Shown here piece by piece: positions 39,044 through 53,115 of a stretch of 64,000 bases of DNA (position 1 is its first letter; every line of letters starts with the position of its first letter). The position numbers and the translations under genes are program-made. The notes under the pieces were generated by a model. It did no database searches, was not told the origin of the DNA, and was given only the letters and a program-made list of their open reading frames with translations. Source of the DNA: Phaeosaccion multiseriatum (lineage: Eukaryota; Protista; Ochrophyta, other classes); assembly GCA_965112735.1 (NCBI GenBank), contig OZ218950.1, forward strand, positions 4,526,001 to 4,590,000, read 5' to 3'.

Positions 39044-41099
39044 TGTGAGTGTGTTGGTGGATGCCTGACTGATCTCTTTACTTTCCTTGGCCTCTCTACT
39101 CTCTACTCTCTCTCCACACACACCTCTCAACCCCCCCTCTATCCCGCCCTCCACCCCCCACCCCCTTCAGGAGCGCAAGGCCATGCTTCAATTCGCCACA
39201 AGCCGCGTGCAAGCCCTCAAGATCGGCCTCAAGGCCAAGGAGAAAGAGGTGTGTGTCAAGCAAATGTCAAGCAAATGTCAAGCATATGTCAAGCAATGCT
39301 AAGACCTCTTCTATGTCTCTCTCTGTCTCTTTCTATCTCTCCCTGTCTCTTTGTATCTTTCTCTGTCTCCCCTCTCTTTCTCTCTCGCTGCCCACCCCTT
39401 CCCTCCCTCTCTCCCCTCTCTCCCCTCTCTCCCCTCTTGGCCTCTCTCCCTCCCTTCCCAGGTCCGCTCTACACTGGCGAAGCTCAAGAAGCACATCAAG
39501 ACTCTTCACATCCAGGCGGGGCATCTCCGCGCCGCCAAAGACCACAACAGCAAGAGCAAGGCCTCATTGGAAGTCAGCTTAAAGACGCAAGAGACGCGCA
39601 TCGAGAAGCTTGCCAAGGAAAACTTCTTCTTGCAGAAGCACACAGCGCCGTATGTCGACACTGATATTTGGAACCCCGGGGTGCTGCAGAGAATCGAGAC
39701 CGGGCAACTCAAGGTGCGCTGTGTGTGTGTGTGTGTGGGTGTGGGTGTGTGGCCTACGATTGTTACAGGTCTTTAGTCCATTCTTAGGGACTATGGACAT
39801 ACCTGCCCATACCCCCCTTCCTTGCCACTCCCTATACACCTCTAAACTCCCCCTCCTCATCTCCTCACCTCCCACCACCCCACATAACATCCCGCCCCAC
39901 CCCACCCCCTCCCTACCCCACTCCACCCCTCCCCTCCCTACCCGATTCCACCCAATTCCACACCATACCCCACCACCCTATGCGGCACCATACCACAACC
40001 ACACCACAACCACACCACAACCACACCACAACCACACCACAACCACACCACAACCACACCACAACCACACCACAACCACACCGCAACCACACCACAACCA
40101 CACCACAACCACACCACAACCACACCACAACCACTCCACAACCACTCCACAACCACACCACAACCACACCACAACCACACCACAACCACACCACAACCAC
40201 TCCACAACCACACCACAACCACACCACAATCACACCACAACCACACCACAACCACACCACAACCACACCACACACCACACCGCAACCACACCCCAACCAA
40301 CACCACAACCACACCGCAACCACACCACAACCAACACCACACACCACACCACAACCACACCGCAACCACACCACAACCACACCACACACCACACCACAAC
40401 CACACCACAACCACACCACAACCACACGACAACCAACACCACAACCACACCGCAACCACACCACAACCACACCACAACCACACCACAACCACACCACAAC
40501 CACACCACAACCACACCACAACCACACCACAACCACACCGCAACCACACCACAACCACACCACACACCACACCACACACCACTCCACAACCACACCACAA
40601 TCACACGCAACCAACACCACAACCACACCACAACCAACACCACAACCACACCACAACCACACCACAACCAACACCACAACCACACCACAACCAACACCAC
40701 ACACCACACCACAATCACACGCAACCAACACCACAACCACACCACAACCACACCACACGCATACCCACTCCACGACCACACAAAAGGTGTACCTGCAAGC
40801 AGAGGTCAAAGCTCAACTCCAGGCCATCTCCGACGTTAAGATGGAGGTTGGAAGGATTACCTCCACCCTCCTGCGCCAAGCCAGAGAGTCGCAAGCGATT
40901 GAACACAAGCTTCAACAGCTCGAGAGTATTGTGGGCATCACTCGGGACCAACTGGACAAGCTTTGTGCCAAGACTGTGCTGCAGGAATGGAAAGAGCTGA
41001 AGGCCGGGGAGGAGGCAGCCCAACTCACTGCGTCTCGGATGGAGAAGGAGATGGGGGGCGGGGAGGAGGGGGCCGAGGAGGAGGAGGAGGAGGAGGAGG

Positions 41100-41130
<31 letters not shown>

Positions 41131-44100
41131 GGAGGAGGAGGAGGAGGAGAAGGAGGAGAAGGGGGAGAAGGAGGAGGAGGAGACGGAGGTGCTGGACCGA
41201 AAAAACGCTCGGGAGAGGCACCGCGCAGAAGTAGAGGGGGAGGGCAGCGGTGGAGACGAGGGGGAGGAGGAGAGCGAAAGCGATGGAGAGGAGGAGGAGG
41301 ATGAGGATGAGGAAGGGGGTGCTGATGGGGGAGAAGAGGGGATGGAGAAGAGGAGCACGGCGAAGAGCACGACCACTGGCGAGGGTAAAGGCAAAGGCAA
41401 GGTCAAGGGCAAAGACAATGGCAAGGGCAAGAGCAAGAGCAAGAGCAAGAGCAAGGGAGGAGGGAAAGGAATGGGGAGGGTCCAAGGGAGTGGACCGAGC
41501 GTGGCCGAGCGCATCCGACTCAAGCCGCATCACGCCAGAACGCAGGCGGAGCGCCAGTGGATTGGGGTGGACAGGTGAGAGGTATATGGGCAGGGCAGGG
41601 CAGGATGAGGGGGGTGGGGTGGGATAACCAGTGGGTCTGTAACTGTCGGGGTCTGCAACTGTGAAAGGGTCTGGAACAGAAGCCCGCTCCATATCTCAAA
41701 CCTAGTTTCTTTGCTATCCTATCCTACTTCCCCGTTTACCTACCACTTATCTACCTACTTATCTACCTACCTACCTACCTACCTACCTACCTACCTACCG
41801 ACGTACCTACCTACCGACGTACCTACGTACCTCCCCCCCTTCCTCCCACCTATCTGCCTACCCACCCGCCCTACAACACACCTATAACAGACTGGTGAAC
41901 CCCGCCATCTACCTCGCCATGCCTGAAGTAGAGCAAGAGGAGCTGGAGCTGGAAGACGACTACAGAAACCCTCTCCTACCTGAAGATGCCGAACGCATAA
42001 GCAAGTTGCCCACCGACCTCCAAAGTGCACTCCCCTTCCTCACCTCGGCACAAGAGATTAAAGCCCACCATCTCCTTGCCACCTTCACTCACGTGGAAGG
42101 GGACGACACGTACAAACAGCGAGACGACGAAAGCCAAGCAGCTGTGCTGAGCCTCGCCGCTCGTCTAGGGCGGGGGATAGGGGACACCATTCGAATGCAA
42201 CGCGAGCAGCGGGAGCGGGTGGCGTGGGTGGAGGAGGCAAGGGGGAGGGCGACGAAGCTGGCGAGGAAGGCTGCCAAGGCCGCGAAGGTTGCCAAGACGG
42301 CGAAAGCGACGGCCCTGCGGAAGGCGGCGCTGGTGGGGCTGAGCCCAGAGCCAACGGAAACTCAAGTTCAAGTTCAAGTTCAAGTTCAAGTTCAAGCTCC
42401 GCCTCCAGCTGCAGCTGCTGCTACTGCTGCTGCTTCTGCTGGAGAGGATGGAGCTGAAGCGGTAGCTACTGCTCCTGCTACTGCTCTTACTGCTGCTGCT
42501 GCTGACCCCTCTCGCCAAGTTTCTGCGGCGGAGGCGGCGGCTGCAGCGGATGCTGCAGCAGTCTTTGCAGACACCCTTGCTGATGCTGCCGCCGCCGCCT
42601 ATGCCAAGGCCAAGGCGGTGCTTCAAAAGGCGCAGGCAGACGCCAAGGAGGGGGCACAGGCGGCGGGGGGAGGGGGGGGGGGGAAGATGGGCCTGTGGGG
42701 GGGGTTCGCGCCCTCGACCGATGTGGTGGGAGACCATCTCCCCATTGGAGGAGGAGGAGGAGGAGGGGGGGGGAGGGGGGGGGGAGGGGGAGGAGAAGAC
42801 GGAGGAGAAGAAGAAGAAGGAGGAGGAGGAGGAGAAGAAGAAGGAGAAGGAGGAGGAGGAGGAGGAGGAGGAGGAGGAGGAGGAGGAGGAGGAGGAGGAG
42901 GAGGGCAGCCTTTGGTGACAAGGAGACAGATGCGAATGGCGCGGATGGCAGTGGATACTATCCTTCGCGAGAAGCGTTTGGTCAATCTTAGGGAGACGCC
43001 CCTCAACAAGCTCAGTACAGAGGAGGGGCACTATCTGCAGGTGCGTGCGTGCGTGGAGACTGGGGGGGAGGGGGCGAGTTCCAGCTGGTTGGCCTCGATC
43101 AATGTCGAACATACCGATATCGAAGTCTACCGGTGGCCGTGAGAGTAATGTGAGGTCATCTTCACTGCGTGATGACGATCTTAACTACCTTCTTCCTCTC
43201 CCCCTCCTTCTCCTCTTCCTCCTCCTCCTCCTCCTCCTCCTCCTCCTCCTTCTCCTCCTCCTTCTCCTCCTCCTCCTCCTCCTCCTCCTCCTCCTCCTCC
43301 CCTGCTACCTCTGCAGGTGGACCGAGTCGTAAACCCTCATCTTTGGCCGCCCGAGCGTGTCAGGGTGTGGGAAGAGCGACTGGCGGAGCTGTTGGAAGAT
43401 GAGCAGGCACTTCAATTAACGTCCAAAGACTTGGAACTTGAAGATAATTCTAGGTGGGTGTAATAAGTCAATGGGGATGGGTAGTTAAGTCAATGGATGG
43501 GTGGGTACTAAGTTCAGGAGCTGGGTATTAAATCAATGGGTGGGTCAAGTATGTCAATGGGTGGGTGTGTTGGTGGGTGGGTGGAATGTGTGGGGTGGGT
43601 GGGGTTGGTGGGGGAGAAGGAGAGGGAGGGGGAGAGGGGGAGGGAGCGGAAGAGCGGAAGAGGGAGAAGGAGAGGGAGCGGGAGAGGGAGCGGGAGAGGG
43701 AGCGGGAGCGGGAGAGGGAGAGGGAGAGGGAGAGGGAGCGGGAGCGGGAGCGGGAGCGGGAGCGGGAGCGGGAGAGGGAGAGGGAGAGGGAGCGGGAGCG
43801 GGAGAGGGAGCGGGAGAGGGAGAGGGAGAGCGAGAGGGAGCGGGAGAGGGAGCGGGAGAGGGAGAGGGAAAGAGGAACTCCGCCGACGCTTCTCTCTCGT
43901 TGGAGGGGATAATGGCGTCCACACCCCCACCCCCCCCATCCCAGGAGCGACCTGCACTATCTCCCATCCACTGCCATCCATTCTCACCCTCCCATCCACT
44001 GCCATCCATTCTCACCCTCCTATTGTTTTGCTGTCCATCTCTTGTGTCGTGTGTGCATGCGTGCGTGCGTGCGTGTGTGTGTTCATTTGTGTGCATGCAT

Positions 44101-44584
44101 GTGTGTATGTGTTTGCATACGTATCCGTGTGTGTCCGTGCGTGTGTGCGTGCAGATACGGTGACATGTACGAGCGCCTCCGCCGTCAACACGACGCCAAG
44201 GAGGAGCGCAAGAGGCAGAGACGACAAAGGAGACAAGCCCGACAACATCATCATGAGCAGGAGCAGGAGCAGGGGCCCGGGCTGAGGCAGGAGGACAACG
44301 ACGACGACGACGACGACGACGACGAGCATGATGACGAGGAACAAGACGAGGGGAGCGAAGAGGCGCCTCTCGGGGGCATCACTAGGACTGTACGATGGCG
44401 ATGTCGTTTCTCCCGCAGAGAGTGCCTGGAGATATTGGAGGAGCAAATTCCCCCCCCTCCTCCGCCGCCGCCACCACCGAAGGAAGCCGAGTACCAGCAG
44501 CGTTCCTCCTTTGCTGGACGACGCAGTGTTGGTGGAGATGGTGGTGAGCCAAGTACGAGTAGCAGCGCTGCAGCAGGTGGTGAT

Positions 44585-44641
<57 letters not shown>

Positions 44642-47600
44642 GCTCCGTCGCACGACTCTGCCCCCGTACTCTCCGCCCCCCCCGGTGGTGACAGACAGAA
44701 TGAGGATGAAGAGCAGCAGGAGGAGCACAAGCACAGAGAGGAAGATGCGGGCGGTGGTGGTCAGAAGCAACACCAAGACCAAGCGAAGGGGGGCGAGAGC
44801 AACAACAACCTCAACAGCAACGACAACGATGACGCCGCCTCCTGCTCCTCCTCCTCCTTGTCCCAAGGGGAGGATGGTGGCGAGTTCCCAGGCTGGCCTC
44901 GTAAGGTAGGCTATGCCCCTCTGCCCACCAATCTGGCCCAGCTCCGGCTCGAAGCAGCGCAAGAGGCGGAGAGGGCGGAGAGGCGTTACATACAGAAGCT
45001 TCTCAGAACCTTCTATGTGTCCGCCGATGAGTCGCTGCTGGGGAGGAGGAGGTTGGAGGTGCTGCACAGGGTAAGGGGAAGACTCGAGGAAGCCACGGTG
45101 GCTCCTGCTGCTGCTATATCACCAACTGCTGCTGCTGCTGCTGCTACTGCCACTACTCGTACTACTAGTCCTGACCAGGCGGGGGTGCGTAGAGGCCATC
45201 AGCAGGGTGGTGGTGAGGGTGGTGGGAGGGGGGCGGCTGCAGGACATGTTGGACATGCTCCTGTTGCTCTTGTGAGTCTTGAGCAGCGCCGACAAGGCTC
45301 TCTCTTGTCGCGTGTGTGGGGCTCGTGGGCAGAGATGCATCCGGCAGCCTGCGGGAAGGACGCACAAGTGCGCTGCTTCGGAGACGACCACGACGACGAC
45401 GACGACGACGACGAGGAGGAGGAGGAGGAGGAGGAGGAGGAGGAGGAAGAGTGGGGGCATGGGAGGGGAGGAGGAGGAGGAGGAGGAGGAGGGTTTAATC
45501 CTCATACGATGCATCCCGCCAGTTACCGTTACAGAACCGGTAGGAACCGCTACAGGGGGGGGGGGGAGTCTACAACAGATGGCGTAGCGGGTGAAGCGGC
45601 TGTTGGTAATACAGTGGAGGATGGCAGCAAGGTTCCACGGCCTTCTTTAGCGCACAGTAAGGCCGTCGCGGAGGCTATTGTGCCTGTACCACCAACTGCT
45701 GAGGCTGCAGCTGGCGGTGGGGTAGCCGCAGCGTATCTTGCCCCGGTGGTGGCGGACGACTTATTCGAGCTCGTGCTGAGTGAGTTGGAGCCAGACGAGG
45801 TGAGGAGAGGGCAGATGGCAGCAGAGGGCACAGGGCAAGAGGGGGGGGGGGGAGAGGGGAGAGGGGGAGAGGGGGAGAAGGGAGAGGGGGGAGGGGGAGA
45901 AGGGGGGGGGGGGGGGGAGAGGGGCTGAGATACAGCAAGTTCTCAACAGGAGGTTATGTTCGACCTAACATACATCTCCCTACCTCCCTCTCTCCCGTGC
46001 ACGTACACCCACTCATCCGGCCATGATACCCTCACCCCTACCATATCAACAGATGCGTAGCAGGCCTGTTCTGATTCGCTGGCCGGCATCCACTACCATC
46101 CTCAGTGAAACGTCGCAGAAGCTCAAATTCCGACAGAGCCGTGTGCATCGCTTCCACATTCGAGATGACCACCCTCGATATACACTGGGGTTGCAGGTTC
46201 GTGCGTAGGGGGGGGGAGGGGAGGGGAGGGGAGGGGGGGGAGAGTGGGGGGGGTGGAAGCGGAGGGAAGGGGGAGGAGGGGGAAGAGAAAGCATGCAAAC
46301 CCAAACCCAACTCTACCCAGTCACCAGTCACCTGCCTAACCATCTACCTACCCAGTCACCAGTCACCAGTCACCTGCCTAACCATCTACCTACCCAGTCA
46401 CCAGTCACCAGTCACCTGCCTAACCATCTACCTACCCAGTCACCAGTCACCAGTCACCTGCCTAACCATCTACCTACCCAGTCACCTGCCTAACCATCTA
46501 CCTACCCGCTCACCCCCACACCCACCCACCCACCCGACTCACCCATCCACTCTCCCTGCTCTCCCTCCGTGCAGGTCAAGATAACCTTCCGGGGTCTGAC
46601 GGGGGTGCGAGGATTCCGAAACGGCCGTATCTCGGCACTGCTGCATCGCAAACTCGTCATCTCCTCAAGTAGCTCAGCGGCGGTAGTTGGTACAGCATCA
46701 GGAGCAGTTGGTGGTACATCAGCAGCAGCAGCAGCAGCATCCGCAGTCGCAGCCGGGAATGGTGGTATAGGTGGGGTGGCTGCTGCTGCTGCTGCTGGTG
46801 GTGGTGGTAGTGGAAAACCACGTGATGTACCACCAACTGCTGCACCATCCCCCGAGGACGATCGAGTGGAGGTGGAGGGTACGCAAGTGGGGTGGGCCCC
46901 GCACGACGCAGCCTTTCCCAACACGGTACGTGCGTGTACGTAAGATTGCGTACTGTTTTTTGTTTTTTTTATATATATTGTATACTGTGTGTGTGTGACA
47001 TACACGCGTCTCTCTTGGTTCCGTTCTTTCTTGTACGTTGCACATCGATACCTAACATCGACATGTGTATATGTATATCGACATTGACCTCTAACATCGA
47101 CATGTGTATATGTATATCGACATTGACCTCTAACATCGACATGTGTATGTGTATATCGACATTGCCCTCTAACATCGACAAGTGTATATGTATATCTATA
47201 TCATTACGTCCACAAACAGGGGGACGCCTTTTCGCAAAAGGCCGGGCAGTTGGTGATTGTACACTCCCCGGGGGGCGGGGCCCAACCAGTGTTGGCAGCG
47301 ACGTTTGAAGTCACAGTGCTTGCACTTGTGCCCACGGAGTATGACATTGAGGTTAACGCGACGGTGGGGGAGAGCGTGGAGAGCTATGTGGAGAAGCGGC
47401 TGGAGGAGACATACCAGTTGCAGGTGAGGGGAGGGGTGAGAGAGAGGGGAGGAGATGGGAGGAGGGGATGAGAGGAGGGGCGGGGAGGGGAGGGGAGGGG
47501 AGGGGAGGGGAGGAGAGAAGGAGAGAAAAGGGTAATGAAGCGAGCACTTCCTTCTCCCTTGGCTGAATTTTTTGTCTTGGCGTGGGATGGGAAGTTCGCT

Positions 47601-48261
47601 ATTGACCCTCCCTCCGTCCTTCCCTCCGTCCCTCCCGTCGTCCCTCTCCCCTTCCCTCCCTCCTTCCCTCCCTCCGTCCCTCCCTTCCTTCCTTCCTTCC
47701 TTCCTTCCTTCCTTCCTTCCGTGCAGTCTCGTGTGGAGGACGCGGAGAGCAAGGTGGAAGGTCTCAAGACGATGCTGCGTCTCCAGGAGAGAAAGTACAA
47801 TGTCTGTCAAGCTCTCATTGATGAAGCGGCAGAGGAGTGCGAGGAGTGTGAAGACACCATCGAGGATTTGTGTCAAGACCTCTCCTTCCTACCGGGCTAT
47901 GGCGGGTCGGAGAGTGACTATGGTAGCAGTGATGGCAGTAGTGACTATAGCACGGACTATAGCAGTGACTACGACAGTGACAGCGATGGGAGTGGAGGGG
48001 GAGATGGCGACAGCGGCAGTGATGACGACAGCACCAGTGATGACGACAGCACCAGTGATGACAGCAGTGATGACAGCAGTGATGACAGCAGCAGTGGAGA
48101 GGAGGACTCTGAAGGGGAGGACTCCGAGACGGCACTCTGGCGAAGCATTGGGGCCTCAGAGATGGAGTACTCGTACTGGGGAAGAGTGCTCACCACGCGT
48201 TGTCAGGAGAAGGCCGCCATCAAACAACAGGTCTGTCTGTCTGTCTGTCTCTCTGTCTGTA

Positions 48262-48298
<37 letters not shown>

Positions 48299-49717
48299 GT
48301 CAATCTGTCTGCCTGCCTGTCTGTATGTTTGTCTCTGTCTGTCGGTCTCTCGGTCTACCTGAAACTCTGAGGAACCTCCCTCCCCCTCCCCCCCCGGTCA
48401 CAGATCAACGAGCTGATGACCATCCGCCGAGCCGCTCTGAATGACGCCTTGGCCGTGAAGGAGCGGTTGACGCGGGGCAGGAGAGATATTCCCAGTGTAT
48501 TTGCGCTGCTCTACGGGCCCAAGAAGGCATCGGAGGTAGCGATGGCACTTAACACCTCGCTGCATCAAAACGCCGCCGCACGCAAATGGGCTACGCTGAG
48601 TGCGCTAAAGGACTGTGTGTCCTCCTTCCTCACCCCGGCAGAGGAGGTTAGAGGGGTGTTTCAGAGGGAAGGGTGGGAGGCGTTGACTCTGGAGGAGCAG
48701 CAGTGGACCATGTTGGACAAGTCCTTGAATGCGGACATGTATCTATGGCTACAGGAGGAGGAGGAGGAGAGGGAGGAGCGGAGGAGGAGGAGGGGGAGGG
48801 GACCCAGGAAGGTGACAAAGAACCCTGCCGTGGAGCAGTATGTGTTACACAAGGTAATGTGTGTGTGTGTGGTTTTCGTGGGAGGGGGGAGTGTGGGTGG
48901 GTGAGAGTGTGTGTGTTGGTGGGTGGGGGTGGGTGGGTGGATGGATGGGTAGGTGGGTGGATGGGTGGGTGGGTGGGTGGGTGGGTGGGTGGGTGGGTCG
49001 GTGTACACATATACACACGCCTTGTCAATTAGGTTTTGTTTGGGTCTATCTGAACCCTGCACTCCACCCTCCATCCCCCTCCTCTCCCCCCCTCTCCCTT
49101 CCCTCTCTTCTCCCTCCCCTCCCTTCCCTCCCTCCCTCCATCCCCTCCCTCCCTTCCTCCCTTCCTCTCTCCCTCCCTCCCTCCCTCCCTCCCTCCCTCC
49201 CTCCCTCCCTCCCTCTACCTTCATCTCCCTCCTTCCCCTCCCTCCCGACCTCGTCCTGCCCTCTACCTCCACCACTGCACTTGGCGACAACCGCCTCATA
49301 TGCATGTCGTACAGAGCGAGTTGGAGCGAATCACCAACACGCCCTTCAGCAACCTCACTCGTAAGGAGTTTAATATTCGCAAGCTGCTCAACAAGTTCCA
49401 TGACTCGCCCGCGCTGCTGCAGAAGAGGTAAGTTAGGCTTGGGACTCAGGGGCTGGGTGTCGCACACACGCACACGCACACATATACACAATTACACACA
49501 CGTGCAGCTCTCACTCACTGACTCACTCACTGACTTACTGCCATCATACGCAGGGCTCAGAAGATCGCGAGGGCCTTCGACACCGCCGCAGCAGAGAGGA
49601 CAAGGGCCAAGCACGCGGACACGCGCACGTAAGTAACCTTACGTAACCTTTTGGTGCTCGTACTTACGTACTCATACTTACGTACTCATACATGACTTCC
49701 ACCTGACTTTTTGTACA

Positions 49718-49751
<34 letters not shown>

Positions 49752-52700
49752 TCCCACCCTTAGCAAGGAGGAGAGGGAGTGGACGACAGTGGACAAAATA
49801 CTTAACCCCATAGTGTGGGAACAGTTCAAGACGGAGGCCACCAGCACTAAGGTGAGCAAAGGGGGGCGAAGGGGGGCGAGGGGGGCGAGGGGGGCGAGGG
49901 GGGTGAGGGGGGTGATAAGGGGGGCGGGGAGGAGAAGTGAAGGAAGCATGAAGCAGCTCTCTTGCTTGCTTTCAAACCAAGCCCGACCACGCGACCCACT
50001 CTCCCTCTCTCGCCTTTGCTGTGAAGCTATACGTACTGCCTCTCACTCCTCCCTCCCCGCCTCCCCCCCTCCTCTCTCTCGTCCCTCGGTAGGGCTTGGT
50101 GGGCAAGAACCACGATTTGCTCGGAGTTACCGCGTCACTGCAGAGAGACCTTGTTCAAGCACGAGGAGGGGGAGGAGGAGGAGGAGGAGGAGGAGGAGGA
50201 GGAGGAGGAGGAGGAGGAGGAGGAGGAGGAGGAGGAGGAGGAGGAGGAGGAGGAGGAGGAGGAGGAGGAGGAGGAGGAGGAGGAGGAGAAGCAGGAAGAG
50301 GAGCAAGATCGAGGCAGAACAAGGGGCCATGGACGTGTCCCTTCACGCGAGAAGAGATTCTCGAGCTTTGGAAGCACGACAAGCAACCTGATGCCTCCTG
50401 GGACGAGCGAAAGACACACGCTCTCCTGCTCAAGTTCAACGGTAACGCCAGCCACTATCTCGACTGGCACAGCGCCGCACTGCAGAGAAGACAGGCGACG
50501 GAGGCAGGAGGGGCGGCCAAGTCGAGAGCGATTCATAACAATCCGGCGGCTTTCAATCCAGCCACCCTGGATGTCGACGTGGATAGGAGGGGTAAGAGTT
50601 TGCTGCGAGAGATTGAGAGAGTCTCACACAACAGCAACCCCATCATGGACAGCGGTGAGTGGTGCAGTGGTGGAGGAGTGGGAGGTGGAGTAGTGGAGTC
50701 GTGAGGGGTGTGTTGAGTGGGTTGAGAGTGGGTTGAGTGCGGGTTTGGAATAGTGTGGAGAGAGGAGCAAGAGACAGTACCGTCAATTCTCCGCCAGGGG
50801 GAGGGGGAACCTGCTCTCTCCTCTTTCTGTGGCGCTTTTTTTCGGTGGGTCGAGATTCGAAACCAACCGCCTGCGTTCCTTCATGTTGTTTATACCCTCC
50901 CTCTCTTCCTTCCTTCCTTCCTCCCTCTCTCCCTCTCTCCCTCCCTCCCTCCCTCTTTCCTCCCCCCCCTCCCTATCATCTTCCCTCCCTCCTTCCCTGC
51001 CTCCCTCCCTCCCTTCCTCCCTCCCTCCTACCTCCTACCTCCCCTCCCCCCGTCTGTCCTCCCCCCAGGAGCCCTGCACGTTACTCCTCAGCGCTTCCCT
51101 ACGTCCGTGCTGAGATTGGAGTTAGAGGCTGAGATCGATCGCCTCCTCCGACACCAGGTACTGAGTAGGGAGAGGAAGAGCACCTACCTCAAGGAGGACC
51201 TGAGCAGTGACGAGAGCGAGGTGAGTGAGTGAGTGAGTGAGTGAGTGAGGGAGGGAGGGAGTGATTGAGTGGGGAGGGAGGAAGTGAGTGAGTGAGTGAG
51301 TGAGTGTGTGGGGGAGTGAGTAAGGGAGTGAGGGCGTGAGTGAGTGAGTGAGGGAGGGAGTGAGTGAGGAAGTGAGTGAATGAGTGAGTGAGCCTCTCCC
51401 TACCCCCTCCCTTATCAGGCGGAGGAGGGCGATCCTCGCGGCAAAGGCCTTGTGTTGGATACCTCAGAAGACCTTGCTGCGTACAGACGGAGGAAGGCGC
51501 TGCAGCGCAAGAAGAGGAGGGTGCGCAAGCGAAGTTCAGCCTCCGACATTAACGTGTGGGCGGCAAGGAAGAAGGCAAGCAAAGCAAAGCAAAGCAAAGC
51601 ATATCAGAGCAACTAACTGATTGATGGAAGTACACACACGCACAACACACACACACGCACGCACGCAAGCAAACACCCCCTCTCTCTCTCACACACACAC
51701 GCTACAGTAGCCTCAATACGTTTTGCTGTTGCCTTGTTTCTTGTTTCGCTCTCGGTGGGCATACGTAAATACATACGTACATACGTACACATATCCACAC
51801 GTTACAGATCATGCTTCTCACCGCCAACCGCACACCGGCGCAGCTCAAGGCCGCAGCAACTTTGAAACGGCTTGGGCCGGGGGCATGCCCGGCCTGTCTG
51901 GCACTGCCTTGTATGTACAAGGAAACAATAGATGAGCCCTTCACGAGACAGAGGCTGGAGGTAAGGGAAGGGGGGGGGGAGGTAAGGGAAGGGAGAGCAG
52001 GGGAGGGCGTGACCTCCTCTGTATTTTGTGCTGTGCTCTGCTGTTCTGTATACTCGCTCTTGTCCCGACCCTATTTGAGGCACCGGCTCACCCTCCCTCC
52101 CTCCCTCCCTCCCTACCTCCCTACCTACCTACCTACCTACCTTCCTCCTCACCCAAACAGATCCTCTCCGACGAGCTGAACTTCGTCCGCATGTCCCAGA
52201 AAGAGTCCGTAGAGAGCCTCATTCCCCTCTCCGTGGCGGCAGGAGGAAGCACCACCTTCCGTCGGCACGAGTTGCTCACCGAGCTCTCTGTCGAGCAGAA
52301 GCATCTTCGCTTCCTCCTTAAGCTTCAGGTATGTAACTGTATGTAACGGTCTGTAACGGTCCGGGCGAGAGGTGCCCCGTAGACCTTCTTGCGTGCAAGG
52401 CGTCCCTCAGGCTCAGTCCTGACACCCGGCTCTCCCTCTATCTCTGTGTCCTGACACTCACGCACTGTCCTGTGACACCCTCTTGCTCTCTATCTCTGTG
52501 TCCTGACACTCACGCACTGTCCTGTGACACCCTCTTGCTCTCTCTCTCTCTGTCCTGACACTCACCACTCAGGCCGTGGACAAGGAGTTTCATGAGGCAA
52601 ACTTGTGCACTTCCGAGTACATGCGCACTACTGCCCTCCATGGCTACCCCACCGTACTGTGGAGGGAAGACGCCAAAGAGGCGCTGGAGAGAGCACAGAG

Positions 52701-53073
52701 TGGACTCGTGGCCAGGTGGGTGGGTAGCGTGGGTAGCGTGGGTACATACGTCAAGGGGGTTGATGCGGATCAATCAATCATGCTTTCAAGTCATAACTCT
52801 TTATTGCTGTGCGGACTTGTTTTCGGACTCTCCCTCTTTCTCGTCCCCCCCCCCTCCTTCCCTCCCTCCCGTCCTCCCTCTCCTCCTCCCTCATCCCCTC
52901 CCTCCCTCCCTCCCTCCAGGCTGGTGGCTATCGACGTGGTGGACGGTATCTTAGAGTGGATGCTCGTGGGATGGCACTTTGGGGAGCGTCAGTCCCCAAA
53001 GGTGCAGATCGGCTTCATCCCCAGCATCAACCCCCATGAGCCCATTCGAGCCGGGAGGAATACGCAGCAGAAG

Positions 53074-53115
<42 letters not shown>

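Noticed and set aside
39610-40839. ORFs of [11 protein letters not shown] and [11 protein letters not shown] repeats
   Set aside because: Translations of the intronic 11-bp minisatellite; the flanking exons splice in frame without it.
43640-43870. (GAGEG/ER/RGSG)n ORFs
   Set aside because: Intronic GGGAGC/GGGAGA hexamer microsatellite between exons that splice in frame.
46315-47195. 39-42-bp tandem repeats resembling CRISPR arrays
   Set aside because: No unique spacers and no cas genes; they lie inside eukaryotic introns.
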